The translations under genes were made by a program, and so were the position numbers. Below, piece by piece: positions 18,666 through 27,416 of a DNA stretch of 64,000 nt. The notes beneath the pieces are model-generated. The model made no database searches. It had not been told where the DNA came from and saw only the letters and a program-made list of their open reading frames with translations. Every line of letters starts with the position of its first letter. Within the stretch, counting starts at the first letter, position 1. The DNA is from an uncultured Verrucomicrobiota bacterium (GTDB taxonomy: Bacteria > Verrucomicrobiota > Verrucomicrobiia > Limisphaerales > UBA9464): the NCBI GenBank assembly GCA_903922605.1, contig CAIXUG010000081.1:17357-81356 (forward strand). The letters run 5' to 3'.

Positions 18666-21600
18666 GGCGCGGCGGCATCGCGGCGGAGCGAAATCACGCC
18701 GAGATTGATCAGACCGGTTGCGGGATTGTCCGCGACCGACAGCGGTATCGGTTCGGTGCGGGCGTTCGCCTGTGGCTTGCCGTCTGCATTCAGGGCGAAA
18801 CCGCCGAGTGTGACCACGTAGTCTCCTGGCTCAACCTCTTCGGCGAGCAGCGTTCCATCCGGTTGCTTGGCCATCATGAACTGCTTCATCGCCTTGGCGG
18901 CCTGCTGATGCTCGGGAACCAGCCACCATTGCTTCTCCGCCTCAGGGTTCTTTTCCACTTCGGGTGGCGGCATCGGGATCGGCGTGTGGACCGAGCCGTA
19001 GAACTGCCACGGCAGGGCGGATTCCTTCCCGTCGGTCAGGACCGCCCGGGCGATGACCCGGTAGCCGGTCCCGCCGAAGGTGACCGGCGTGGTCTCACCG
19101 GCACGGATGTCCACCTCCGTGCTGCGGGCGTGGCCCCAGCTGGTGTGGCCGTTCCCCATTTCGCTGCGGATGAGGCGGGTGAGCTTCACCCGACCCGGCG
19201 GCACTTGGTCATAGTGGAAATTTCCATCCCTGTCGGTGGTGGCCTTGAAGGCCGTGAAATCATACCGGAGCAGAGCACGGTTGCCTTCCATGCTCTCCAG
19301 CAGTACGTCCCGGTCGGCGGCTGGCTGGTCGCCGGACAACCACTTTCCCTCAATCTTTCCCCAAGGCTGCAGCGCCCAAGTGGTCTGTCCGGCGACAAAA
19401 TCGGTAGGCGGGGCTTGGGCAAAACCTTCGGGATGAACCGCGACCACCAGCGCCAGCGTGCCATCGCTGGGAAGGGCAAAGCGTCCGTTGCGGTCAGTCG
19501 TGACGAAAATGCTGCTCCGACCGTTGTAACGGCTGAAGCCGGTGAGGGTCAGCGTGGCCTGACCACCCGTGCTGATCAGGGCAACTTCCGCGTTGGCGGC
19601 AGGGCGTCCGTCGGGCTGCACGAGGGTGATGGTGGTCGTCTGGGCCGGGCGCAGCGCGACATCCAGTCGCACTTCTCCTTCGTCGGCGGCGATGACCCGC
19701 GTGACCAGAGGGGCAAACCCTTCCGATTCGAAGCGGAAGATGTAGCCCGGATTCTCCCCTCCCATGATGACCCCCTCTTCGAAGGTGTGGCGAAATTCCC
19801 CGTCCCCGAAACTCATGGAGAACCGCTCCAAGGGACTCCACGCCGGATTGGTCGTATGGGTGAGGAAATCGGCCTGAGGCCAGCCGGAAATGATCCGGAA
19901 CCGGGGTATGGTGGCTCCGCTCTGGGCGTCCCGTACGGAACCAAAGATGGTCAAAGCCGGGGGCAGGGTGACGGTGTGCTCCTGGCCGTCAGGACGGACC
20001 TTGTAATCGTCCACCCGGAAATGTCCTGTGGCCATGATGGAGAATACCAATTCCGTATCGGGGGCCTCTTCCCAAACCACCCTTCCATCGCTGTCGGAGC
20101 GCTTTTCCATCTCGGCTTGCAAGCGTGGCGGTTTCGACTGGTCGGGAGAGCCGATCTGGGGATCGAGCGTGCTCAGAACGACGTAAGCCTTGGCGATCGG
20201 CTGGCCGTCGTTACCTACAACGCGCAGGCGGAGCGTGTTGCCCGGTTTGAGCACCAGGCGGTAGGGGCCGGTCTTTTTCGCGAGGTTTATTTCCTCCGTG
20301 ACGGCCGCGTAGCCTTTGGCCTCGGCCGAGAGCAGATGGTCGGTGGGTTTGCAGCCCCGCAGCACAAAGCTTCCGTCGGGTCCGGCGGTTCCTTCGCGGC
20401 TGCCGCTCATGCCCACCATCCCGAGCCGCACCTTGGCCTCGGGGATCGGATTGCCGCTGGTGTCCTCCACCATGCCGGTGACCGTGGCTCCGCGTTGCAG
20501 GTGAAACACATATTTGCGCTGCCGCAGCGCCGTTTCCTCCGGCGACTTGGGCCGGATGGTGACGCTCTCCGAATCGACATAATCGGGGTGGGAAGCTCCG
20601 CCACCGGCATGCGGGAGTATGTCTTCCGCGAAACGATCAATCCGCCAGCGGCCCTGTTCATCCGTGGTGACCTGGAGCCAGAGAAATTCATGGGTTTCCG
20701 TCAGGGTGGCCGCCGACGGGATTTCCCCGTGCCCGAAGCTCACCTTGGCACCCGGCTGCGGCTTGCCCTCCGGATCAACCACCGTCCCACCAATGGGCAC
20801 GGCGCGTTCCAGCCGGAGCGTGTATGTCTCCGGCACGGCTTGGCCGTTCTCACGGTTCCATTTGAGGCAGGTGTCGGCGAAGCCGTCCAGACGGGTGGTG
20901 AGCCGGAGTTCCTTCGTATTGGTGGGATAGGTCACACGTACCGTGCCGTCGCGCTGCGAAAGGAATTTCGCATCGGTCACCCAGCCGCGCTCGACGACGA
21001 CGTTCGGGACGGGCTTTCCAGTGTCCGCCGTCAGCAAGATGAGCTTAAGATGGGCTTGCGTGGCGTCCTCGGCGGCAGTGGCCGCGGCTGTTTCGGTGTC
21101 ATTGGCAGGGATGACCGTTGCGGGCGGGGCGGTGCCGGCTTTGGATGCCGCTACGCCTGAGGCGACTTTGCCACCGTCCAAACGGCCAGGCTCGGTCCCG
21201 GAAGTAAACCAGGGCCGCACCACCGGCGTGAGCAACAGGGCGGCGACGGCGGCGGCGATGAGGACTTTGGTCTTAGTACGGGCCATAAGCATGAGGAGGG
21301 TGAGAATCAGTCCGCCACCGGTGGCCGCGCCGGCGAGGGCGGCCTGGCTGACGCGGGCGGCAAGTCCGGCGGGCACTTCGGCCATGGTCCGTTCCGCCAG
21401 CGCGGCACCGAGTGCGGCGGCCGTCGAAGTGAGCCCGCGGCGGGCCAACAACCCGCGCAGTTTGTCGAGGGCACGGTCCACCCGCATACGGGCGGCGTTT
21501 TCACCCACGCCGAGGCGCTCTCCCACCTCGGCGAGTGGGCACTTTTGGAAGAAGCGCAACAACACCGCCTCACGGTCGGAATCGCCCAGCTCGTGCATCG

Positions 21601-21973
21601 CCTCGTCCAACACGGGGCGGAGCTGGTCCCAATCGGGCACGGGCCCGTCGGACTGATGCAGATCCATCATATGGGCCTCCTGTTCGCGCTGGCGGCGGCG
21701 GTGCTCCTCCCGGCGTGCGTTGGCGGTGAGATAGCGCGTGCTGGTGTAGAGCCAGCCGGTGAGCGAGGTATGGCCGGTCAGATGAGCGGCCTTGCGGGCC
21801 AGGTCCGTGAACACCGCCTGCGTCACATCCTCCGCCGCGCCCGAGTCGCCATCCATCTGCCGCAAGGCCGCCGAGAAGACTAGCCCCACGTACCGGTCCA
21901 CCAGGTCGGCAAAGGCAGGCTCGGAACGTTCCGCCGCAAAGCGGCGCAGCAGCTCGTTGTCCGGCGGTGTCAT
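18662..21973 (-). CDS. ECF-type sigma-70 factor fused to a TM segment and an extracytoplasmic region of about 850 aa with carboxypeptidase-regulatory-like repeats
   Basis: Sigma region 2 (FADLVDRYVGLVFSAALRQM). Sigma region 4 (AVLLRFFQKCPLAEVGERLGVGENAARMRVDRALDKLRGLL). TM (TKVLIAAAVAALLLTPVV). Repeated motifs of the type GTVVDPEGKPQPGAKVSF, GMVEDTSGNPIPEAKVRL and LRVVGNDGQPIAKAYVVL. Confidence 0.85.
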   Translation of the reverse strand: MTPPDNELLRRFAAERSEPAFADLVDRYVGLVFSAALRQMDGDSGAAEDVTQAVFTDLARKAAHLTGHTSLTGWLYTSTRYLTANARREEHRRRQREQEAHMMDLHQSDGPVPDWDQLRPVLDEAMHELGDSDREAVLLRFFQKCPLAEVGERLGVGENAARMRVDRALDKLRGLLARRGLTSTAAALGAALAERTMAEVPAGLAARVSQAALAGAATGGGLILTLLMLMARTKTKVLIAAAVAALLLTPVVRPWFTSGTEPGRLDGGKVASGVAASKAGTAPPATVIPANDTETAAATAAEDATQAHLKLILLTADTGKPVPNVVVERGWVTDAKFLSQRDGTVRVTYPTNTKELRLTTRLDGFADTCLKWNRENGQAVPETYTLRLERAVPIGGTVVDPEGKPQPGAKVSFGHGEIPSAATLTETHEFLWLQVTTDEQGRWRIDRFAEDILPHAGGGASHPDYVDSESVTIRPKSPEETALRQRKYVFHLQRGATVTGMVEDTSGNPIPEAKVRLGMVGMSGSREGTAGPDGSFVLRGCKPTDHLLSAEAKGYAAVTEEINLAKKTGPYRLVLKPGNTLRLRVVGNDGQPIAKAYVVLSTLDPQIGSPDQSKPPRLQAEMEKRSDSDGRVVWEEAPDTELVFSIMATGHFRVDDYKVRPDGQEHTVTLPPALTIFGSVRDAQSGATIPRFRIISGWPQADFLTHTTNPAWSPLERFSMSFGDGEFRHTFEEGVIMGGENPGYIFRFESEGFAPLVTRVIAADEGEVRLDVALRPAQTTTITLVQPDGRPAANAEVALISTGGQATLTLTGFSRYNGRSSIFVTTDRNGRFALPSDGTLALVVAVHPEGFAQAPPTDFVAGQTTWALQPWGKIEGKWLSGDQPAADRDVLLESMEGNRALLRYDFTAFKATTDRDGNFHYDQVPPGRVKLTRLIRSEMGNGHTSWGHARSTEVDIRAGETTPVTFGGTGYRVIARAVLTDGKESALPWQFYGSVHTPIPMPPPEVEKNPEAEKQWWLVPEHQQAAKAMKQFMMAKQPDGTLLAEEVEPGDYVVTLGGFALNADGKPQANARTEPIPLSVADNPATGLINLGVISLRRDAAAP

Positions 21974-22119
21974 CTTATCCCTATGACAACCGCCGGACGA
22001 AAAACCGCACAGGGTTTTTGCGGCGAATCAGATGGAGGGCGGTGACCAGGCTCGGGAACCTCTGCAATTTGCTTTCTCAATCCCGCGGCTCCAGTTCACC
22101 GTAGATTCACTTTCCAACT

Positions 22120-22671
22120 ATGATCTTCCGCATTGCCGAACCCGCCGATTGGGGCACCGCCCAGCAGACCGGCCATTTTGCCAGTCCGGACCTGGCCGCC
22201 GAGGGGTTCATCCATTTTTCGGCCCCTTCCCAGTTGCAGGGCGTTTCCGAACGTTATTACGCGCGGCGGACGGGCCTATGGCTGCTCGTGGTGGACGAAA
22301 GCCGCCTGACTGTCCCGGTCCGGTGGGAAAACACGACCGGTGGCACCGAATTGTTCCCGCATGTCTATGGCCCGGTGCCTCTGGAAGCGGTGGTGGCTCA
22401 TGCCCCGTTGCAGCGCGAGGCGGATGGCCGGATCGGTTGGCCCGAAGGATGGGGCGGCGGTTCGACGACGCAATGCCAGCTCTGCCAAAAGGCTGCGGCC
22501 ACGGTCCACTACACTTCGATTGTGGAGGAACAGGTCGTGGCCAAGGTGGACCTGTGCGAGGCCTGCGCACAGAAAAAGGGCGTGAACGACCCCGCGAGTT
22601 TCTCCTTGGCCGACCTGATACAGGGCCTGGGCGGTTCAGGTTCGGCGGGCAATCCGCCGACCCCGCCTTGA
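22120..22671 (+). CDS. DUF952 domain protein with a C-terminal duplicated McsA-type zinc-finger module
   Basis: The N-terminal 112 aa match the DUF952 pattern (MIFRIAEPADW...GFIHFS...LFPHVYGPVPLEAV). The C-terminal part, CQLCQKAAATVHYTSIVEEQVVAKVDLCEACAQKKGVNDPASFSLADL, is nearly identical to the N-terminus of the next gene. Confidence 0.8.
   Translation: MIFRIAEPADWGTAQQTGHFASPDLAAEGFIHFSAPSQLQGVSERYYARRTGLWLLVVDESRLTVPVRWENTTGGTELFPHVYGPVPLEAVVAHAPLQREADGRIGWPEGWGGGSTTQCQLCQKAAATVHYTSIVEEQVVAKVDLCEACAQKKGVNDPASFSLADLIQGLGGSGSAGNPPTPP
22471..22617 (+). repeat. Segmental duplication, copy 1 (McsA N-terminal zinc-finger coding segment)
   Basis: caatgccagctctgccaaaaggctgcggccacggtccactacac... 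aligns with 22714-22857 at roughly 80-85% identity with one extra codon. Confidence 0.85.
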
Positions 22672-22710
22672 CTTGGTGCGCTGCGGCGCTGATTTTGCGG
22701 CTGCTTTATC

Positions 22711-23217
22711 ATGCAATGCCAAGTCTGCAAAAAGGCCCCCGCCACGGTCCACTACACCTCGATTGTGGATAATCAGGTCAAGAAGGTGGACATGTGCGAG
22801 GCGTGCGCCCAGGAAAAGGGCGTGAACGACCCCGCCAGCTTCTCCCTGGCTGACCTGCTGCTGGGCCTGGGCGCCTCGCAAAAAATGGAAGAGGCGTCCA
22901 CCGCCGCCGGGGGCGACCAGAACTGCCCGCAGTGCGGTTTCACGCAGGCGGATTTCAAGAAATCGGGCCGGCTGGGGTGCTCGCACTGTTACGAGGTGTT
23001 TGCGGACGGCCTGGATGCGCTGCTGAAGGGCATGCACAAGGGCACCCACCACAAGGGCAAGGTGCCGGCCTCCCTGCGTCGGGCGACCGATGTGCGGGCC
23101 AAGATGACCAAGCTCGAAGCCGATCTGAAGGCGGCGATCGGTCGCGAAGATTTCGAACTGGCCGCCACCCTGCGCGACGAGATCAAGCAGGCGAAGAAGG
23201 CGGAGGCGGAGGTTTAA
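22711..23217 (+). CDS. mcsA: Protein-arginine kinase activator (UvrB/UvrC-motif protein)
   Basis: Two Cys4 fingers (CQVCKK...CEAC and CPQCG...CSHC) plus a C-terminal UVR motif (REDFELAATLRDEIKQAK). It lies directly upstream of mcsB. Confidence 0.88.
   Translation: MQCQVCKKAPATVHYTSIVDNQVKKVDMCEACAQEKGVNDPASFSLADLLLGLGASQKMEEASTAAGGDQNCPQCGFTQADFKKSGRLGCSHCYEVFADGLDALLKGMHKGTHHKGKVPASLRRATDVRAKMTKLEADLKAAIGREDFELAATLRDEIKQAKKAEAEV
22714..22857 (+). repeat. Segmental duplication, copy 2 (native 5' end of mcsA)
   Basis: See copy 1. The spacing between copies is about 243 bp. Confidence 0.85.
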
Positions 23218-23323
23218 CCGCTGATCTACACTAATAGGGGCACAATAAACACGCCTTAAACTAACGTCTCGTCCTCATTTCAATCAGTGCAGATGAGTGC
23301 CGATTAGCGGTTTGGCTTTTCCA

Positions 23324-24418
23324 ATGAACGTCCTCGATTTCCTCATCACGCCGGCCGAGGCGTGCCAGCGCAGCGGGCCGAACGACAAAATCGTCTTCTC
23401 CAGCCGCGTCCGGCTCGCCCGCAACCTCAAGGGCGTGCCGTTTCCCGGCCACGCCAAGAAGGCCGACCGGTTGAAGTCCCTCGAAACGCTCGTACCCGCC
23501 GTGTCCGGTTTGCCGCAAATGGGCACGGACCCGTTCGCCGAGGCGATGGACAAGCTCACCGCGCTCGACAAGCAGATCCTCGTTGAGCGTCACCTGATCA
23601 GCCGCGAGCACGCCGCCAAGGGCGTCGGCAGCGGCTTCGTCCTGAACAAGGACGAAACCGTCTGCGTGATGGTGAACGAGGAGGACCACCTGCGGATGCA
23701 GGCGCTGCGTCCGGGCCTCCAGCTCAAGCAGGCGTGGATGGCAATCGACGGCGTGGATTCGTCGCTGCAGGAAAAGGTGGAGTTCGCCTTCTCCGACCAG
23801 TACGGCTTTCTCACGGCGTGCCCCACGAATCTGGGCACGGGCATCCGCGTGAGCGCCATGCTGCATCTGCCCGGCCTTGTGCTCGCGGAGCAGATCAACC
23901 AGATCATCCAGGCGGTGAACAAGCTCGGCCTGGCCGTGCGCGGGCTCTATGGCGAGGGTACCGAAGCGTTGGGCAACATCTTCCAGGTCTCCAACCAGAT
24001 GACTCTGGGCGAGACCGAGGGCGAGATCGTCGAGCGCATCAACAAGGTGCTGCTCCAGATCATCGAGCACGAGGAGAACGCCCGCCTGGCACAGCTGGAG
24101 AAGAAGCCCAAGGTGCTCTTCAACCACATCGGCCGGGCCTATGGCGGGCTCTCGCATTCGCACATCATCACCTCGAAGGAGACGATGAACCTGCTCAGCC
24201 TGCTGCGGCTGGGGGTTGATCTGGGCATGTTCGGTTCGACGCCAAAATCGCTCGTGGATGAGCTGTTCCTGCTGAGCCAGCCGGGACACCTCCAGATTGG
24301 TCATCCCGAGAAACTGGATGCCGAGGTCCGTGACGCGCTGCGGGCGGAGCTGCTGCGCCAGCGCATGAAGGTGGTGCCGCCTCCGGATCATACCGGGGTG
24401 GTGCCGAGGCCGGCCTAA
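23324..24418 (+). CDS. mcsB: Protein arginine kinase (ATP:guanido phosphotransferase)
   Basis: Signature CPTNLGTGIRVSAMLHLPGL and NEEDHLRMQ. The ORF opens at 23297 (GTG) and the ATG at 23324 (MNVLDFL) is preferred. Confidence 0.92.
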   Translation: MNVLDFLITPAEACQRSGPNDKIVFSSRVRLARNLKGVPFPGHAKKADRLKSLETLVPAVSGLPQMGTDPFAEAMDKLTALDKQILVERHLISREHAAKGVGSGFVLNKDETVCVMVNEEDHLRMQALRPGLQLKQAWMAIDGVDSSLQEKVEFAFSDQYGFLTACPTNLGTGIRVSAMLHLPGLVLAEQINQIIQAVNKLGLAVRGLYGEGTEALGNIFQVSNQMTLGETEGEIVERINKVLLQIIEHEENARLAQLEKKPKVLFNHIGRAYGGLSHSHIITSKETMNLLSLLRLGVDLGMFGSTPKSLVDELFLLSQPGHLQIGHPEKLDAEVRDALRAELLRQRMKVVPPPDHTGVVPRPA

Positions 24419-24440
24419 GCCGGGGCAACACACGAACGAG

Positions 24441-24467
24441 GGCGCGGATTTTTTCCGCGCCTTTTTT
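24441..24467 (+). terminator. Rho-independent terminator after mcsB
   Basis: Stem ggcgcgga (24441-24448), loop ttttt, stem tccgcgcc (24454-24461), then tttttt. Confidence 0.75.
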
Positions 24468-24732
24468 CTGCCCGCGCCCAGCGGGTGGGCACCGGCGGCC
24501 CGGCCGCAGCCAAAGCGCCGGATCAACGATGCCGGATCGTCTGACGATAAAGGTCGGAACAATCCCGGGAAACTTGAGCGCCAATATTTCGTGGTGGCTT
24601 CCGATGATCGCTTAATTTTATCTTGAAAACGCCGAAGAATTTTTGACGTCGCGCCCCAAGGTGCCCACATTGCCCTTGTCTGTAACGGTCGGTTAACGCA
24701 ACGGACACAGCCAGCCAAGACGGTTCATTGCT

Positions 24733-27267
24733 ATGAGCGAAGAGAACATGAACAACTTCACGCCCCGCGCGCAGCAGGTCCTCGCACTTGCGCGCAAGGA
24801 GGCGGACCGCTTCAACCACAATTTCGTGGGCACGGAGCACCTGCTGCTCGGGCTGATCAAGCTCGGCCAGGGTGTCGCCGTGAACGTGCTCCAACGCATG
24901 GGGCTCGACCTCGAGAACGTGCGCCAGGAAGTGGAGAAGGAAGTCCGCGGCGGTGCCGAGGGCAAGGTCAGCGGCAACATCCCCTACACGCCCCGCGTGA
25001 AGAAGGTGCTGTCGCTCGCCGCCAAGGAGGCCAAGGCGCTCAATCACACCTACGTCGGCACCGAGCACATCCTGCTCGGCCTGCTGCGCGAGGGTGACGG
25101 CGTCGCCGCGAAGGTGCTGAAGAACCTCGACGTGGACATCGAGCTTTGCCGGCAGGAGATTCTCAAGGAGCTCGACCCGGGCTTCCAGCAGAACGAGGGC
25201 GAAGAGGCACCGCCTTCCGAAAATCCCAGCGAACCGGTGAAGGCCGGCGGGGTGGCCAAGGGCGAGAACGGCAAGAAGGAACTCAAGACTCCCGCGCTCA
25301 AGGCATTTGGCCGTGATCTCACGGAACTCGCCAAGAAGGGCGAGATGGACCCGGTCATCGGCCGTACGAGCGAGATCGAACGGGTGATCCAAATTCTCTG
25401 CCGCCGCACCAAGAACAACCCCGTGCTCCTCGGTGAGGCGGGCGTGGGCAAGACGGCCATCGTCGAAGGACTCGCCCAGGAAATCTCCCGGGGCGGGGTG
25501 CCGGAGATTCTCGCGAACAAGCGCGTCATCACGCTCGACCTGGCGCTGATGGTCGCGGGCACGAAGTATCGCGGCCAGTTCGAGGAGCGCATCAAGGCGG
25601 TGATGGACGAGATCCGGAAGGCCAAGAACGTCATCCTCTTCATCGACGAGCTGCACACCATCGTCGGCGCCGGTTCGGCCGAGGGCACGATGGACGCCTC
25701 GAACATTTTCAAGCCGGCCCTCAGCCGTGGTGAGCTGCAGATCGTGGGCGCCACGACGATCAACGAGTACCGCAAGTACATCGAGAAGGACTCCGCGCTG
25801 GAGCGCCGCTTCCAGACCGTGAAGGTCGAGCCGCCCAGCATCGACGATGCGATCACGATCCTCAACGGCCTGAAGCCGAAGTACGAGGAGCACCACAAGG
25901 CCGAGTTCTCCGCCGAGGCGATCAATGCCTGCGTGCGGCTCAGCGACCGCTATATCACCGCCCGTTTCCTGCCGGACAAGGCCATCGACGTCATGGACGA
26001 GGCCGGTTCCAAGGCCCGTATCGGCGCATTGCAGCGCCCGCCCAACGTCAAGGACGTCGAGGCCGAGATCGAGGTTCTGAAGACGCGCAAGGAACAGGCG
26101 ATCAAGGACCAGGACTTCGAGGGGGCCGCCCAGCTGCGCGACCAGGAAAAGGCCGCCAAGGAGCGGTTGGAAAAGACCCTCGCCGAGTGGAAAACCGCGA
26201 AGGACGAGCGCCGGGTCAAGGTCTCCGAGGACGACATCATGCATGTGGTTGCCAAGTGGACCGGCATTCCGCTGCAGCGCATGGGCCAGGACGAGACCCA
26301 GAAGCTGCTCATGGTCGAGAAGGAGCTTTCCAAGGTCGTCATCGGCCAGAGAGACGCCGTGGGGGCATTGGCCAAGGCGCTGCGCCGCGCCCGGGCCGAC
26401 CTCAAGGACCCGAAGCGCCCGATTGGCTGCTTTGCGCTGCTCGGGCCGACCGGTGTCGGCAAGACCCTGCTCGCCCGTACGCTGGCCGAACAGATGTTCG
26501 GCTCGGTGCAGAACCTCATCCAGCTCGACATGAGCGAGTACATGGAGAAGTTCACGGTGAGCCGGCTCATCGGTTCGCCGCCCGGCTATGTCGGGTACGA
26601 GGAAGGTGGCCAGCTCACCGAGAAGGTGCGCCGCCAGCCCTATTCCGTCGTGCTCTTCGACGAGATCGAAAAAGCGCATCCCGACGTGATGAACATGCTG
26701 CTCCAGATCCTGGAGGAGGGCAAACTGACCGACTCGCTCGGCCGCACGATCGATTTCCGCAACACGATCATCCTGCTCACGTCGAACGTCGGCTCGGAGG
26801 TGCTGCGCAAGACCAACACGCTCGGCTTCGCCAAGCAGAGCGACACCACCGATTACGAGACGATGCGGGGCCGGACGCTCGAAGAGGCCAAGAAGGCCTT
26901 CCGGCCCGAGTTTCTCAACCGGCTCGACGACATCATCGTCTTCCGGACACTGGGCAAGCCGGAGCTGGTGCAGATCCTCGAGCTCGAGGTGAAGAAGGTG
27001 CTCGAACGCATGGCCCGCAAGAACGTGGTGGTGACGCTGGACGACAAGGCGAAGGACCTGCTCATCGAAAAGGGTTTCGATCCGCAGTACGGCGCCCGGC
27101 CGATGCGCCGCGCCGTGGAGAAGTACCTCGAAGACCCGTTGGCGGAGGAAATCCTGCGCGGCTCGCTCTCGGACGGCCAACCGGTCGCGGTGAGCGCCGA
27201 CAAGGAGAAACTCACGTTCGCGCAGCAGACCAGCATTGTCTCGGGCCAGGCTCCGGTCGCGAACTGA
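24733..27267 (+). CDS. clpC: ATP-dependent Clp protease ATP-binding subunit ClpC
   Basis: Double Clp-R N-domain ([33 protein letters not shown], repeated). Two Walker A motifs (GEAGVGKT and GPTGVGKT). UVR-like linker ([17 protein letters not shown]). Length 844 aa. Confidence 0.96.
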   Translation: MSEENMNNFTPRAQQVLALARKEADRFNHNFVGTEHLLLGLIKLGQGVAVNVLQRMGLDLENVRQEVEKEVRGGAEGKVSGNIPYTPRVKKVLSLAAKEAKALNHTYVGTEHILLGLLREGDGVAAKVLKNLDVDIELCRQEILKELDPGFQQNEGEEAPPSENPSEPVKAGGVAKGENGKKELKTPALKAFGRDLTELAKKGEMDPVIGRTSEIERVIQILCRRTKNNPVLLGEAGVGKTAIVEGLAQEISRGGVPEILANKRVITLDLALMVAGTKYRGQFEERIKAVMDEIRKAKNVILFIDELHTIVGAGSAEGTMDASNIFKPALSRGELQIVGATTINEYRKYIEKDSALERRFQTVKVEPPSIDDAITILNGLKPKYEEHHKAEFSAEAINACVRLSDRYITARFLPDKAIDVMDEAGSKARIGALQRPPNVKDVEAEIEVLKTRKEQAIKDQDFEGAAQLRDQEKAAKERLEKTLAEWKTAKDERRVKVSEDDIMHVVAKWTGIPLQRMGQDETQKLLMVEKELSKVVIGQRDAVGALAKALRRARADLKDPKRPIGCFALLGPTGVGKTLLARTLAEQMFGSVQNLIQLDMSEYMEKFTVSRLIGSPPGYVGYEEGGQLTEKVRRQPYSVVLFDEIEKAHPDVMNMLLQILEEGKLTDSLGRTIDFRNTIILLTSNVGSEVLRKTNTLGFAKQSDTTDYETMRGRTLEEAKKAFRPEFLNRLDDIIVFRTLGKPELVQILELEVKKVLERMARKNVVVTLDDKAKDLLIEKGFDPQYGARPMRRAVEKYLEDPLAEEILRGSLSDGQPVAVSADKEKLTFAQQTSIVSGQAPVAN

Positions 27268-27287
27268 CACTGGAAGTTTTCACAAAT

Positions 27288-27317
27288 GCGCCGCCTGAAA
27301 ACAGGCGGCGCTTTTTT
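27288..27317 (+). terminator. Rho-independent terminator after clpC
   Basis: Stem gcgccgcctg (27288-27297), loop aaaa, stem caggcggcgc (27302-27311), then tttttt. Confidence 0.85.
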
Positions 27318-27340
27318 ATGCCCCGGCAGGGCTGAATGCC

Positions 27341-27410
27341 GGAGCGCCGGTCTCCGACCCGGCGCGGCTTATCCGAGAGCCAGCCGCGCCGGATCGGAGA
27401 TCGGCGCTCC
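27341..27410. repeat. Long near-perfect inverted repeat (28-bp arms, 14-nt loop) between convergent genes
   Basis: Arm 1 is ggagcgccggtctccgacccggcgcggc (27341-27368). Arm 2 is gccgcgccggatcggagatcggcgctcc (27383-27410). 26 of 28 positions are complementary. Confidence 0.75.
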
Positions 27411-27416
27411 ACGGCC

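Noticed and set aside
18863-21160. 765-aa ORF antisense to the 1103-aa ECF fusion gene
   Set aside because: The minus-strand product has clear sigma-70 regions and repeated beta-sandwich motifs. The plus-strand ORF is Gly/Arg-rich with no motifs.
22341-22355. TGGCAC...TTGT sigma-54-like string
   Set aside because: It lies inside the DUF952 coding sequence, has the wrong spacing and a -12 mismatch (N4-TTGT), and no downstream gene start fits.
22032-22772. 246-aa ORF in an alternative frame across the DUF952/mcsA region, which also shows an internal repeat (MPALPKGCGHGPLHFDCG / MPSLQKGPRHGPLHLDCG)
   Set aside because: The repeat is just the out-of-frame reading of the DNA duplication. The other frame gives bona fide DUF952 and McsA sequences.
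24622-24671. Heat-shock (sigma-32-like) CTTGAAA...CCCCA and a sigma-70-like TTGACG-N17-CACATT upstream of clpC
   Set aside because: The CTTGAAA to CCCCA spacing is about 25 nt against the 13-15 nt consensus. The -10 candidate matches TATAAT at only 3 of 6 positions. A clpC promoter must exist in this spacer, but I cannot place it from sequence alone.
24523-27270. 915-aa ORF antisense to clpC
   Set aside because: ClpC on the plus strand is unambiguous, with two Walker A motifs and Clp-R repeats. The antisense ORF is a GC-skew artefact.
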